Origin: Macrostomum lignano
Lineage: Eukaryota
Direction of reading: 5' to 3'
NCBI GenBank assembly: GCA_002269645.1
Contig: NIVC01001257.1
Coordinates: forward strand, 62,001 to 126,000
DNA length: 64,000 nt
This document shows positions 23,826-36,252 of the stretch, in pieces. The notes beneath the pieces were generated by a model that saw only the letters and a list, made by a program, of their open reading frames with translations, searched no databases and had not been told where the DNA came from. The position numbers and the translations under genes are program-made. Numbering within the stretch: the first letter of the stretch is position 1; the number at the start of each line of letters is the position of its first letter.

Positions 23826-26800
23826 CACACAAACAACAGCGCTCTTCAGGACTTTTGATTTCTGCCTACACGAAGGTCCCGCTGTTGCAGGTCTTTTTAC
23901 TCCTCTGCGACCAAACTTCTCCCACATTTGTAGGACCGAATCTAGAGTAGGAGTATCATTTTCAATGTCGTCGTTCTCTTTGCTGTTCTTCTCAACATCT
24001 TCTCACGCCAAAACTTGACACGTCTCCGAAAAGCAAGACGCCAGAAAACATGCCCACTACTTGTGCCTGCATCAGCCAGGATAGGAAACCTGGCAACGAC
24101 TGCACGGGAAAAGATCATCAATTCCAAATTATTCATGTGCGTTTTTGTCAGTGAAAGGTATTTAGTGGCAACGTCGTTCATTATGAAGCACAGAAATGGC
24201 CTAACAAATGATGTGTCTAACTTCAAGGCAGCAGCCTTCTCATGTGTGTTGGCAGCACAGATCCTATCCTCAATGTCTGAGGGCAGCTCTGGCAAGCTGT
24301 AGATGAGCGGAATAGCTAGATGCGTCTCAGAAACCGAAGGCTGTGGCTTGACTTCAGCCACAAAGATGCTCTCCATAAGAGCGTCGAGAGTGCTACAATC
24401 TCCAATGACAAAGCCATCCTCTGTTGATAGCTGCACAATTCCTTGAACACCCAATGCAGATTGCGCTGAGCAAAGAACGTCAGAAAATGCAGTTCCAGGA
24501 GCAATGTTTAAACACACTTGCTGCTCCCCATTTGGTGTTCTAAACTTGTAGATTCGCATTAGCTGCGGGATACAGTAAGACAATAAATATGTAGTCCCTA
24601 TTATAGATACAGTTAAATTTTTGTGATAGCAAATTTTAGTTTCTTAAATTTTTGGTTAATTTACATTGGTTTTATTACAATCATTTCAGTTTTAAAAGCA
24701 AGAGTAGATTTTTTAATGAGTGATATGATAATATAACATATTCTTTTCCATTAACAAGAGCAACATTCACTGGTGGATGAGGAAAATGAAATGGTGGCTG
24801 AATGATATGAGTTTTTCCTAATGGCTTACAATAATATGCAAAATATGTTGGCATGAAGTAAGACTTCATTGGTTGTGTAATAATAAGCCATTTGTTACGA
24901 ATGAGTATTATTTTCCAAATAAGTGCTAGCAATGGCTCAGTCTGATCTTCTGTACTGACATCCTTAACTATTACTTGTCGCTGCTTAAGAGTTGGGGCAT
25001 GATATATAAAGCCATTAATTTGCAGTCTTTGTGTTTGCTGACAAAAATCTGGAATATCACCAGTATGAATATTCAAATATTGTGCAATTTGCCTTACAAT
25101 ATTTTCTCCAAGTGCAACTTTAAGTTGGAGGGTTGTCAAAGATGATGCAATTTGGTAAGAATGACATAATGAAGGCAGAATTATGGCTAGTCTAGTCTGA
25201 TACCGTGATGAACAAGTCAAAGAAATGTTTTTAAAATTTTGTGAAATACGAGCAATATTCTTAAAAATTTGATGCACAGATTCATATCGCATTGACCAAG
25301 CAACTTTAAGTCCATTGAATTGTACAATTAGTTCTGGATAATGTAAAAGGTAATGAAGTTTACATTTTGTCTTTGGAGTACCATTTGATAATGAATAAAT
25401 TAGTGAATTATGTTCTAAAATAAGTAGTTTTAAGGATTCCTTATTATATATTATTCCTATAGAATCATTAGCAAGTAGCAAATTGCGGGAGGCTTGCCAG
25501 AAAAGCTCCATGTCCTCCGGGTTTCCAGTCTTCATGGCACGGCGATGAAGGCTTTTGGCCTTCCGCCTGAGTTTCCCCAGCTCCAGGTTCCACCACGGCG
25601 CCAAGGTCTTGCCTTTGTAGGCGCGAGCAGGACAAGCCGCTTCGTAGGCTTCAATAATGCAACCTGTCAGCGTCTCAGCCATATGATCCACATCCTCGCA
25701 GGACTCAATCGGACGTAAGTCCATGAGTTCCTGCAGGTGCAGATCAAGGGCAGCCTTGTAGGCCGCCCAATCAGTGTTGTGGATATTGCGTCTCCCAAGT
25801 GATCGGAGACTGGGTTTTAGTGTCCGCGATGTTAAAGGCGATAAAGCAGTGGTCAGACAGGGAGGGCTCCTCAGACCAGACTCTCCACTCCTCAACTCTG
25901 TCAAAGAGTCTTGGGGTAACGAGTGTGGCGTCGAGGACCTCGGTCCATCTGCCATTATTAAAGGTAGGAGTGCTGCCGCGGTTGCAGAGCATGAGGTTTG
26001 TGTTGGAGATGAGGGCCAGAAGCTCCTCTCCTCTAGTGTTGGTATCTTTGCTGCCCCAGTGCTTGTGGTGCACGTTGAGGTCGCCCCCTAAGCACAGCTC
26101 AGCGTTCTGGGACTCGCAGTACTGCGCGAGGCACAGTAAACTCTCAGGAGCAGGGTCTCTGTCGCCTGGGATATAAACCGAGGCAACAAGACATGTACGC
26201 GGAGAGAAATGATTAGATTGGATGATGCAAAGGTCTCCATCAGAGAGATCAGTCCTCAGCCAAGCCTGGAGATGGCTAGCAGCGAGGATAGCCGCTCTAG
26301 GGTGGCTGTTCCCCAGGCCACACACATAAAAATCAGAGTAGCCAGAGGGAATGTTGGGCAACTTACTGTTGCGCATCCAGGGTTCCTGGATCAGGATGAG
26401 GCCTGGCCTGTACAGCTCAGCAATCTTCATCAGATTTATTGACGCAGATACACAATGCTGTAAATTAATTTGCAGACAGAATGTCGCTCCTTTGGCAGCG
26501 TGGAGCTTAGTCATACTGTATTAAATGCAATTTCTGGCTAGAGCCCAGGGCCATCAAGGAGACTTGGACAACAGATTGTCCTCGTCCCAGGCCACTGGGG
26601 CTTGACTGGGAGATAAGAGTTGGTCGACGTCTATGGCCTCCTCACCCCCACCGGACCCCCCAGCAGAGTCCTCAGGCTCCGATGACAGGATGGAGGAAGC
26701 TTCCTCACCTGCATCTTTATCTTCAGACCCCACCAAGGTGGCCGAGGAGAGCTCGGATTCCGAAGACCCGGCCTCGTCCTCAACTCCTTCTCCAACTGGC

Positions 26801-28389
26801 AGGTTTGGTTCCCGGGGCTTGGCCGGAGCCGTTACCGCGGTCGCCAAACTGCTGCTAGCAAGAGAGCCTTACAGAACACATTTTTTATATCAATGTTTAT
26901 ATACATGGCAGCCATGTTTATGAGCTCCAATTTTATAGACACGGCCACCTACTGTGTCTTAGTGTGAACCCATTCAATATTAGGGCCTAATGACACAGCC
27001 ACCGTGCAAGTTTTATCAACATAGCAGCCGTGTCTCTAATAGTGACTAGGTCTATACTTATAGACACAGTGGCCATGTCTATAATGTAGAAATTTAAAAA
27101 ACATGGCAGCCGTGTCTCTAAGTGTGGCATATGTATATGTCCCATTTGAGTCTCAGACTTGACCATATTGGATCTTTAATAGACTATAAATATAAGTTTA
27201 AGTTTAAGTTATATATAAGTTTATAATTTTAAAAAGTTGACAATTAGGCCTAAACAATTTATGGACTGTACAAGTATAAAAGTTAGTCAAGTCAAGTATA
27301 AAAGTGCCTAGGTATTCATTGATTGCACTGCTTGCACTTCTATTCAAATAAAGCAATAGACTTAAGATAAGTATATAGTCTTTTGAAGATACCTACACAT
27401 GGAATTTAATTGACATACTAATACCACCGACATCCATTATACATATACATATATATATATTAATTGTATTTCAATTTCAATCATATATTTTACAAGCATC
27501 AAACTTTGGTATTTGAGTATTGCATGTATAAATACTCACTGGAATTACATTCTATGTTGCCACTTGTGGCATATATTGTAGTCAATAGTGGTAGCTAGCA
27601 TCATAGATAAATTTTTTACACACAATGTGGTAGTCTATTGTTACAATTAAAATATTGAAAATTAAGTGAATGCATGCAACTTCAATTTCTACTCTACTAT
27701 TCTGCTGCATATTCAGCTAGGCCTGATATGCATCTTTACACAATAGACAAAAAATTCAATTGATTTAATCAAAATGATAATATATATGCTAGATGGTAAA
27801 ACTGTACTCAAAATATATATAGCTTATTTTTACTTTTGATCTTTGCTTTTATACATTTTATAAAGCTAACTTAACTTTGTGTTCCCTTAATTATTTATTA
27901 TACTTTATACAACTATTGTTTGAATTGGTTGCTTTATTTGATAGCAGTTGTGAATCAGCTTTTGAATGGAATGCAGTTCATTGTACATATACATTTATAT
28001 ATGATACAATATACAATGCATATAGCATATCCTACACTTTTTGTAGCAAAAAATGCAAAGTGTAAAAGATTCAGTATAAAATATAATTCAACTAGGATTT
28101 TTATTATTTTGTCTGTTCAAAAATTGTTTTTAGTGTCATAACATGTTTTACTCAAAGTAGGTATGACTTACACTAGGAAAACCATATGTACATATGGTAG
28201 TGGGGCTACCACATTGGCTTATTTTGAAATCTGAGTAAACATGTGAATTCAACACAATGGATGACAAATGACAAATCACCCTCCTTATATGTTGTCAAAA
28301 TAAATGTTGCTAAATTGACTTGTTGCCAAATTGGCTATTGCCAAGTCAACCTGTCGTCAAATGAATGGGTTCCTTAGTAAATAAAAAAA

Positions 28390-28525
28390 TGAGCTCCCTT
28401 GAGCTTGTATGCCTGCTCAGGGGAGTCGGCATAATGGGCAGTAATGCCTCTTGCCGGTTGTGTGCCAATGTTGCTTAAAGTGCGCCAGGGTGCACACAAC
28501 CCCCCTGCCTCTAATAAAAAAAGGA
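28390..28525 (+). mobile_element. Dispersed repeat, probably a SINE 3' segment; inverted homologue at 34535-34630
   Basis: gcttgt(a/g)tgcctgctcaggggagtcggc..aatgggcagtaatgcctct...aaagtgc...cctctaataaaaaagg is shared between the two copies and ends in an A-rich tail. Confidence 0.5.
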
Positions 28526-28744
28526 GGAGATATGCATTAAACCTGGCTGGTCTACTCAGCTTTATATATAAGAGATAAGAGAAGAATAAGATAGTATGCT
28601 AACTTCTAATTGCCAACTCAAATTTATACTTGAAATTTATTTTTTATTCTATATGATTTCTAGTATATATATAAAATGTATTTAATAACAATAATAAAAG
28701 TTTTGTTGGTAATATAGTTAGAGCTGACATTTTGTAATAACTGC

Positions 28745-29560
28745 ATTATTTTTAAATAGTTACCTTGGCAATCAATGCACTTTTACCATTAGTTGCTCAG
28801 GGCCCAGGTGCTGCTAATAAATAACTTGGTCAGTTAGTCCTTTAGCTACTATTGGAAAATGTGATGACTTCTTTGTTAGACTCAAAATGGTGCCCACAGA
28901 CTGGCTGCTTGAGCTGACAGAATAGATAGAAAAATTGGAAGATGCCAGGTCCAAGAAATAGGCTAAATAGGAAAGGATTTTAAACCCTGCAGTGGTGGAA
29001 GTATTTACCGCAACTTAGGTGATATAAGCTGGCCCAGCTATTCAGCATGCTAGACACCTGTGACAATGTGCCCCACAGGCAAGTGGGGGCTTACTTGGCA
29101 AGCAGGATCCCTTGACAGTCTCAGAAAAAAACAGCCCAAGATCTTGCCAGTTGACTTTGCTTTCCTGAACTTGTAGTGGAAGGCCTTCCCCAGGGTGCCG
29201 CCATTCCATGGACTCGGAGAGTATAATTATGGTAGATCTAGCATTTGCCCCCAGTTATAATTCATTGTTCAAATCCATCTAGGTTTTCATTGTAGAGGTC
29301 AAGCATGAGGCAAGGTCCTCATTAAGTAGCTTGGTAACTGCTTCAACTTTCTCCTAGTTCTCCACTTCAAGGCCTCAAATGGTTATCTTCAAGGATCATC
29401 CTGTCACATTGGACTTTTTTGTAATGTCACTCAATGGTGTGCAGAGAGGGACAAGTTCTGGGATACACAGATTCTATCTATCTCGTCAATTTTTGTCAGC
29501 TTTAGCCCTTTCAAGGTAAAAAGTTTAATGACAGCTTGGTATTCCTGTTTGTCAATCCAT
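28745..29560 (-). pseudogene. Decayed mariner (Tc1/mariner) transposase
   Basis: Manual minus-strand translation across frameshifts gives DKQEYQAVIKLFTLKG (N-terminus), IITGGKC*IYHNY (TGDETWIHHY), MEWRHPG, KFRKAKSTGKILGC, DCQGILL, LDLASSNF (DLAPSDF) and GHHFESNKEV. Confidence 0.8.
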
Positions 29561-30024
29561 TTTGCTTAAAATCTAGGGGTTTCTTTAAATTTTTGTAGAA
29601 AAGATACAGTTAAAATGACTTGCTTTGCAATGCCAAAAAATCACAAAAAATCTTTTAAAATGACTAATGACAAATATTTTAGAACCCTCCTTCACATTTG
29701 ACTGAATATATATCTGCACACTTATGTGCAAGAAATATTGATTTGAAAAATGCACAGTATTATCTGTATGTTAAAAGTTCAGAATCCAAAGATACCTTAG
29801 ACAAAGACGGCAAACAGTGATGCCCCTCTTAGGCTTCGATTTAAGCTGTTGTGACTCTTATAGACTTGCAGTTTTGTTTGGAGTTTAATCTGTCAATTGC
29901 CGACACTGCGATTCAACATTTTGGCGTTTTTTTAATAAAAGTTTTACTGAGGTTTCAAATGCATTTCTTACTTTATATTAAATTTTATTAATGCCATAAA
30001 TAGGACTAGCTAACTGGATGGCTG

Positions 30025-30845
30025 AAGAAGCAGCTCATTAAATGACTGAAGATTGTCAGTAGCAGCTCATTAAATGACTGAAGAATGTCAGTAGCAGCTC
30101 ATTAAATGACTGAAGATTGTCAGTAGCAGCTCATTAAATGACTGAAGAATGTCAGTGGCAGCTCATTAAATGACTGAAGAATGTCAGTGGCAGCTAATTA
30201 AATGACTGAAGATTGTCAGTAGCAGCTCATTAAATGACTGAAGATTGTCAGTAGCAGCTCATTAAATGACTGAAGATTGTCAGTAGCAGCTCATTAAATG
30301 ACTGAAGATTGTCAGTAGCAGCTCATTAAATGACTGAAGATTGTCAGTAGCAGCTCATTAAATGACTGAAAAATGACAGTAGCAGCTCATTAAATGACTG
30401 AAGATTGTCAGTATCAGCTCATTAAATGACTGAAGAATGACAGTAGCAGCTCATTAAATGACTGAAGAATGTCAGTGGCAGCTCATTAAATGACTGAAGA
30501 TTGTCAGTAGCAGCTCATTAAATGACTGAAGAATGTCAGTAGCAGCTCATTAAATGACTGAAGATTGTCAGTAGCAGCTCATTAAATGACTGAAGATTGT
30601 CAGTATCAGCTCATTAAATGACTGAAGAATGACAGTAGCAGCTCATTAAATGACTGAAGAATGTCAGTGGCAGCTCATTAAATGACTGAAGAATGTCAGT
30701 AGCAGCTCATTAAATGACTGAAGATTGTCAGTAGCAGCTCATTAAATGACTGAAGATTGTCAGTAGCAGCTCATTAAATGACTGAAGATTGTCAGTAGCA
30801 GCTCATTAAATAACTGAAGAATGTCAGTAGCAGCTCATTGAATGA
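30025..30845. repeat. 32-bp minisatellite (agcagctcattaaatgactgaagattgtcagt), about 25 copies, just upstream of POLDIP2
   Basis: Period 32 (30061, 30093 ...). Confidence 0.96.
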
Positions 30846-30874
30846 ATTAGTGTAAGTCATCGATAAATTATAAC

Positions 30875-33358
30875 ATGTTTCTATTCGAATTATGCATGCT
30901 TCTCATGCGCCTGTCACTCAGTCGCCGTGTGGGCTATGCCACTGTACTGGCACAGCGCCAGCTCAGTCACCCCGTGCTCCAGCAGCAGCAGCAGCAGCAG
31001 CTCATGCTGATGATTCCATCCCAGACAACTCAGCTGTCCAACTGTCAGCGTAGAAGATTAACAACTCTGTCTGGTGTGGCCTCTTCACCCGTTCCTAACC
31101 GGCGCTATTACTCGGTGCCATCATCCCGCGTCAAACTCGAACACGTTGGCTGTTTGAGTCCGGTGAAAGTGACCGAGCGCTACGCGCCTGGACAAGCATT
31201 CGTGCACCGGGTGTTTGGCTATCGAGGCGTTGTGCTGGCTAGCTATCAGGTTTGCATTGTGACATTGTCACTTTCTTCACAGTGTACGGAATCGCCCTTG
31301 ACCCCCTAAATTACCCAGAGAATCGCCCCTGACCCCCTAAATTACACAGAGAATCGCCCCTGATCCCCTAATTTACCCAGAGAATCGTCTCTGACCCCCT
31401 AAATTACACAGAGAATCGCCCCTGACCCCCTAAATTACACAGAGAATCGCCTTGACCCTTTAACACAGGCCCGACTTTTTGACAAATCCTCCGAAGCGAC
31501 TTCGGCAGCTGCCACCGCATCATCAGCTTCGTCCCCAACAACAGCTGGCTCTGCCGACTCAGTTGCTGCTGAGGAGCCCCAGGAGCAGCAAGCTGACCAG
31601 CAACAGCAACAACAGCAGCAGCAGCAACAGAAGGAGAAGGATGGCAGAGATTCGGCACCCTGTGTCTGGTACTTGGTGCTAGTTGACCAGCGGGATCCTA
31701 ACCCTAGCTTGAGAGAGGGCTTCACCTTCCTGCCAGTCCGGCCCGACCCCACCGTGACTCTGATGTCGGCAGTGGATTATTGTTCTCACAGCGATCTGCT
31801 GCCCTACGAGCCGCGCTCTCGACCGCTGTCTATGGACAATCCCTGGTTTGCCGACTTCTTCATCAACGGCCAGGCTTTCGGGCCTACGGGTATGCATTTT
31901 GCTTGCGGTTGTCATGGTGTCCCCATCCTCCCCTCCTCCCCATCCTTCAGCGCAGACCCATTCCCCTCCTCCCCATCCTTTAGCGCAGACCCATTCCCCT
32001 CCTCCCCATCCTTCAGCGCAGACCCATTCCCCTCCTCCCCATCCTTCAGCGCAGACCCATTCCCCTCCTCACCATCCTTCAGCGCAGACCCATTCCCCTC
32101 ATCCATCCTTCAGCGCAGACCCATTCCCCTCATCCATCCTTCAGCGCAGACCCATTCCCCTCCTCCCCATCCTCCAGCGCAGACCCATTCCCCTCCTCAC
32201 CATCCTCCAGCGCAGACCCATTCCCCTCATCCATCCTTCAGCGCAGACCCATTCCCCTCCTCACCATCCTTCAGCGCAGACCCATTCCCCTCCTCCATCC
32301 TTCAGGGCAGACCCATTCCCCTCCTCCCCATCCTTCAGCGCAGACCCATTCCCCTCCTCCCCATCCTTCAGCGCAGACCCATTCCCCTCCTCCCCATCCT
32401 TCAGCGCAGACCCATTCCCCTCATCCATCCTTCAGCGCAGACCCATTCCCCTCCTCACCATCCTTCAGCGCAGACCCATTCCCCTCCTCCATCCTTCAGG
32501 GCAGACCCATTCCCCTCCTCCCCATCCTTCAGCGCAGACCCATTCCCCTCATCCATCCTTCAGGGCAGACCCATTCCCCTCATCCATCCTTCAGGGCAGA
32601 CCCATTCCCCTCCTCTGTTCTTCAGGGCAGACCCATTCCCCTCATCCATCCTTCAGGGCAGACCCATTCCCCTCATCCATCCTTCAGGGCAGACCCATTC
32701 CCCTCCTCTGTTCTTCAGCGCAGACCCATTCCCCTCCTCCGTTCTTCAGGGCGGATCCCTTTCCTCCCCAATTTTTAGGTCTGGGACCCCTTCCTTGCCT
32801 CATAAACCATCCCGCTAACGCTTGGCATTCCATCGACTGACTTCAGCCGCACTGCAAGGCTGGCTGCACAAGATGCGCCGTCTGCTTCAAGTGGACTGCG
32901 TCTACCGGGAGACCACCGACCACATCCGGGTCACCGTCCTGCCCTTCTACATGGGCTCTCGCGGCGGCGGCGGCGGCGACCTCTCGGCGATGCACCACTG
33001 GCGCTACACGATCCGGCTGGAAAACCTGGACCCTGCCGGGCGGCCCGTGGTGCTGCGGGAACGCTATTGGAAAATCTTCAGCGCCGGCGGCACAATTGAA
33101 ACTTTGAAAGGCCGAGGCGTTGTTGGCGCCGAACCGGAGCTGGGTGCGAGTTTCCCGGCGTTCCAGTATCACTCGCATGTTCAGCTGCGGGCGCCCTGGG
33201 GCTACATGTGGGGCTGTTACAGCATGGAGCGGATGCTGCCGCAGCCGCCTATTGAAGGCGCGGTGCCGCTGCCGCCAGACCAAATGCTGTTCGAAGTGAA
33301 GATCCCCGTGTTCAGCTTGTCGCAGAAGCCTAGCGGACCTGTTGGGAGACAGGAATGA
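30875..33358 (+). CDS. POLDIP2: Polymerase delta-interacting protein 2 (YccV-like + ApaG/DUF525 domains), 3 exons
   Basis: Exons 30875(start uncertain; Met also at 30896/30905)-31249, 31469-31889 and 32847-33358, with phases 0 and 1 consistent. Motifs GQAFVHRVFGYRGVVL, ARLFD, YLVLVDQRD, DYCSHSDLLPY, YRETTDHIRVTVLPFYMG, WRYTIRLENL, GRGVVGAEP, AFQYHSHV and GYMWG match POLDIP2. The Arg-rich N-terminus resembles a mitochondrial presequence. Confidence 0.95.
31270..31460. repeat. 31-bp minisatellite in POLDIP2 intron 1
   Basis: acagagaatcgcccctgaccccctaaattac, about 6 copies. Confidence 0.9.
31920..32770. repeat. 30/33-bp minisatellite in POLDIP2 intron 2
   Basis: ccatccttcagcgcagacccattcccctcctcc, about 26 copies. 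Confidence 0.93.
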
Positions 33359-35193
33359 TTATTTTTTTGGGGGGAAACATTATTTCGTCTTTGAAATTGA
33401 ATCTTATGATGTGAGTTTGAATTTATTTTCGATACATACCGGCAGGTTTGAAAAATTGCATCCTACTTGGATAGTTTTGTTTAGTAGGCACTTGTGAAAT
33501 TCGTGCATCTAGCAGCATAGATTCGAAATAATATATCGTATCACAAAGTAATTTTCGATACATATCGGCAGTGTTTATTAGTACTAATAAAAGGATGCTT
33601 CGATGATAGGTAAACTTTAGTAACAAATTAAAAAATATTTTTGTCGGTGGGTAAAGCGATAGGAATCTGGAGAATTTCCCTGGAATTTATGATCTGTAGT
33701 TGTTTTGGAAAGCTTACCTTATCAAAGGTATTTTCGATACATGTCGGTGGGCTATCCAATTATTTTTAAATGAAAGTAATTTAGGCTGCTAATAAGGTTT
33801 TGCAAGTGATCGAGAAAATCGGTCTGATGTAAATCTTTATGAGCTATTTTTCATGTCTTATTTTCTATTCATTGTGCTTCTGCACCCAACTTTTGTTTCT
33901 TTGTCATTTCATTCATCTGCGGCGGAAGGGTCATTTTCTGTGTGACTCAGTAATCATTTAAGCTTGTAGATAACAGCTCGCGGTGAAAATTACATGCTCA
34001 CCTGTTGTTTACTCTTCAACTGTTCTCTTGGCTCTGAATAACCACGTCACCACCTATTTTCTTAAGTTGTTTTCGCATTAAAATACAAAATAACAAGCAC
34101 TATTCTTACTACTCTTTAATGAAAACATTTTGCAGTAGTATAGTTCGAATATGAATGGAAAATAAAATCGTTGATCATACAGTTTTTCTTGATGATAGAA
34201 AAAAACTTCATTATGATCTTCGTCTTATTAGCAAAAAACATCTATTCAATTGAATATTTTCCACTGCTTCAACCGCTGGACCCCAAAGTTGAGAATATTG
34301 ATGCAAAATAAAAATATCCAGTGAGAGGCCTGCCGTCTATAAAAATGTTTTTTTATCTGACTAAATCTACATTTTCTTTGTCTGCCAGGCTTTGTCCACT
34401 AATCGATGTTGAATAGAAACAAATATTTCTGCGATTTTATCTTTTTTGCTTTTATTTTGTAATTAATCACATTGTTAGTTTTCTTAATAGCTAAGAGTTA
34501 GTTTAGTGCCTGTCAATCAAGTACTAAAATACCTTTTTTATTAGAGGTAGGGCACTTTAGGCGACATTGTCACACAACCGTCGAGAGGCATTACTGCCCA
34601 TTCCGCCGACTCCCCTGAGCAGGCACACAAGCACGCGGATACGTACGCAGGCACACACTCACACAGGAGTGTACAGCGGCCCTAACTTTATATTATCGTT
34701 AGGCATGTACAATTCACTGCGCCTTGTGAGTTGGCCTTCAAGGGCGTTAATTGCACGAGCAGAGCCAAGCTGAGATTCCAATTTAGCCCCAAATTAATGT
34801 GACTGCACTTGGAATCGAGCCTGGGCCGCTGGCACATCAGAGCGCCGCGCCAGACGACTGCGATCCCCCCACACTACTGCTTTTATTTGAGCGTCTGTCT
34901 AGCGTTTTTCCGCATAATTTTTGTTTGCAACAAGGATTTAAGAATCTTTATTAAGCTTTGCAGGTTAAGGAGTTTCCTTTTCGTCATTAAGCTTTTGAAA
35001 ATAATTCAAATTGACTGCTCACACGGAGGAAGAGGACAAAGCATTGGCATTTCTCCCCGGTGACAATGCCGAACAATGAACAATGTTCACCCTACCATCA
35101 AAAAGTGTACAAGCAAGCGGTGTGACCGCACAAAAATCTGCCTTATTTGAGAGGATCAGAATGAATGTCAGTGAGCATTAGTAGAACTAGTAT

Positions 35194-35345
35194 GGGGCTC
35201 TAGTCTAGTGGTTGGAGCGTCAGACTCACGACTTGAAGGTCGGGAATTCGATTCCCGATCCCAACTGGAACAATTTGTGTTCTTGAGCAAGGCACTTAAC
35301 TCTGCATTGCTTCAGTTCACGCAGCTGTAAAATATGGGTGTTAGT
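35194..35345 (+). mobile_element. tRNA-derived SINE with conserved central domain, copy 1
   Basis: ggggctcTAGTCTAGTGGttggagcg...ggaaTTCGATTCCC then aacaatttgtgttcttgagcaaggcacttaactctgcattgcttcagttcacgcagctgtaaa. It is homologous to 51712-51890. Confidence 0.8.
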
Positions 35346-36252
35346 ACATGTAGACTAGCTCACTGTGCCCTCGTTAGGGGCCTGAAGTAAATAGAATAAT
35401 GAATAAATTGTTTTCCGCATTCATCACTGCATAGGAGTGTGCGGCTCATTAAATAATAAATCCCTATAAAATCCTGAGAAATTCTTCATTGAACTGAAAC
35501 GGTCATATGTTGATGGCATCTCAGCAACGCCTTCTTAAAAATTGGCATATTTGCATTCTGCATGTATATTTTACTCCTACTCATTGTGGCTCCAAGGGGG
35601 TTTCAACAGAAGAATTAAAAAGCTAAGCGCAACTGAATGATTTGACTGTGAAAGCAGTTAGTGCCAGTGTTAGTCATATCGTTCCCGACGTGACCCGAAG
35701 TGTTAGTTATAGCTGAAGATTGAATCTTCAGTCAAACTTACATAATTTTCCGAAAAAACAGTTATTTGTTTTTAATGAATAACCAGTTAAGCATTTTTAT
35801 TATTCACCGGGGCAACTTGAAACGCCCTTCCAGATAGGAAAAGCATTTGTTGGTGGAAAGTTATTCGGGAATGTTGAACCGAGTCTAAATTTATACAGCC
35901 TGCCATATTTCAGGTCACATTCTCTTCTGTTAATTATTGAGAGTTCACGTTGACTCATGGCAGCCCTCACTTGAAAAAAATTTAGGTACTGCTATTCTCT
36001 TTTAGAAAAAAGACAAACTCTGACTCTCTCTGCAACTTCACCTCTCTGCATGTCTGCTGGTCGACTCCAGCCTTCATTTTCACTACTCTGCCCGCTTATC
36101 GGGTTTTAAACTTGGCTATAAAAGCTTGTCTGTCAGAAGTCTGGGACACTTAAAATATTTTTTTAAACTAAGAATTCTGTTTTGATTAAGTCTGCTTGAG
36201 TCTGCGTTTCTTTTTTCCGTTGACACCTGTTCGGTCTGACAGCATTGTAACA

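Larger units (their letters stand above)
21178..25480 (-). mobile_element. CACTA/EnSpm (CMC)-like DNA transposon, one end only: transposase C-terminus plus a spliced second ORF
   Basis: Terminus CACTATAAATCAAAAGTGGCC at 21178, followed by many GTGGCC subterminal motifs to ~21330. Transposase C-terminal motif KLHYLLHYPELI..W.MRYESVHQIFK..QNFKNI..RYQ (25400-25190). ORF2 pieces 24583-23942 (AVVARFPILADAG..W..AFRRRVKFWR), 23927-23526 (acidic repeat) and 23189-22170 (MIFVALNL..IELL) resemble the accessory ORF of animal EnSpm elements. No TAGTG end is found on the other side. Confidence 0.75.
19480..26859 (-). mobile_element. 5'-truncated, decayed non-LTR retrotransposon (LOA/R1-like), interrupted by a CACTA-like insertion at 21178-~25480
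   Basis: Acidic ORF1 tail 26847-26554. APE endonuclease 26514-25771 (FCLQINLQHC, LILIQEPW, GGDLNVHH, NRGSTPTF, DATL, SDH). Linker with PWWN to ~25480. RT fragments 21177-19630 (KSSGPDGI, ALALFFDIVGTFNN, GGPQGGVLTPTLWNLVMD, YADD at ~20415, CLGVILD) with stops and frameshifts. Short-repeat 3' tail (aagtcaagtaagtcaa). 91-bp flanking direct repeats. Confidence 0.92.

Noticed and set aside
32778-32846. Alternative POLDIP2 acceptor at tttttag (32777)
   Set aside because: It leads to stops or the wrong frame. The acceptor at 32846 has a branch motif, the right phase and restores alignment to POLDIP2.
35194-35270. Possible functional tRNA genes (also 51820-51890, 13715-13785, 19316-19382)
   Set aside because: The A/B boxes are present but the acceptor and anticodon stems pair poorly, and the first two run into a shared SINE body.
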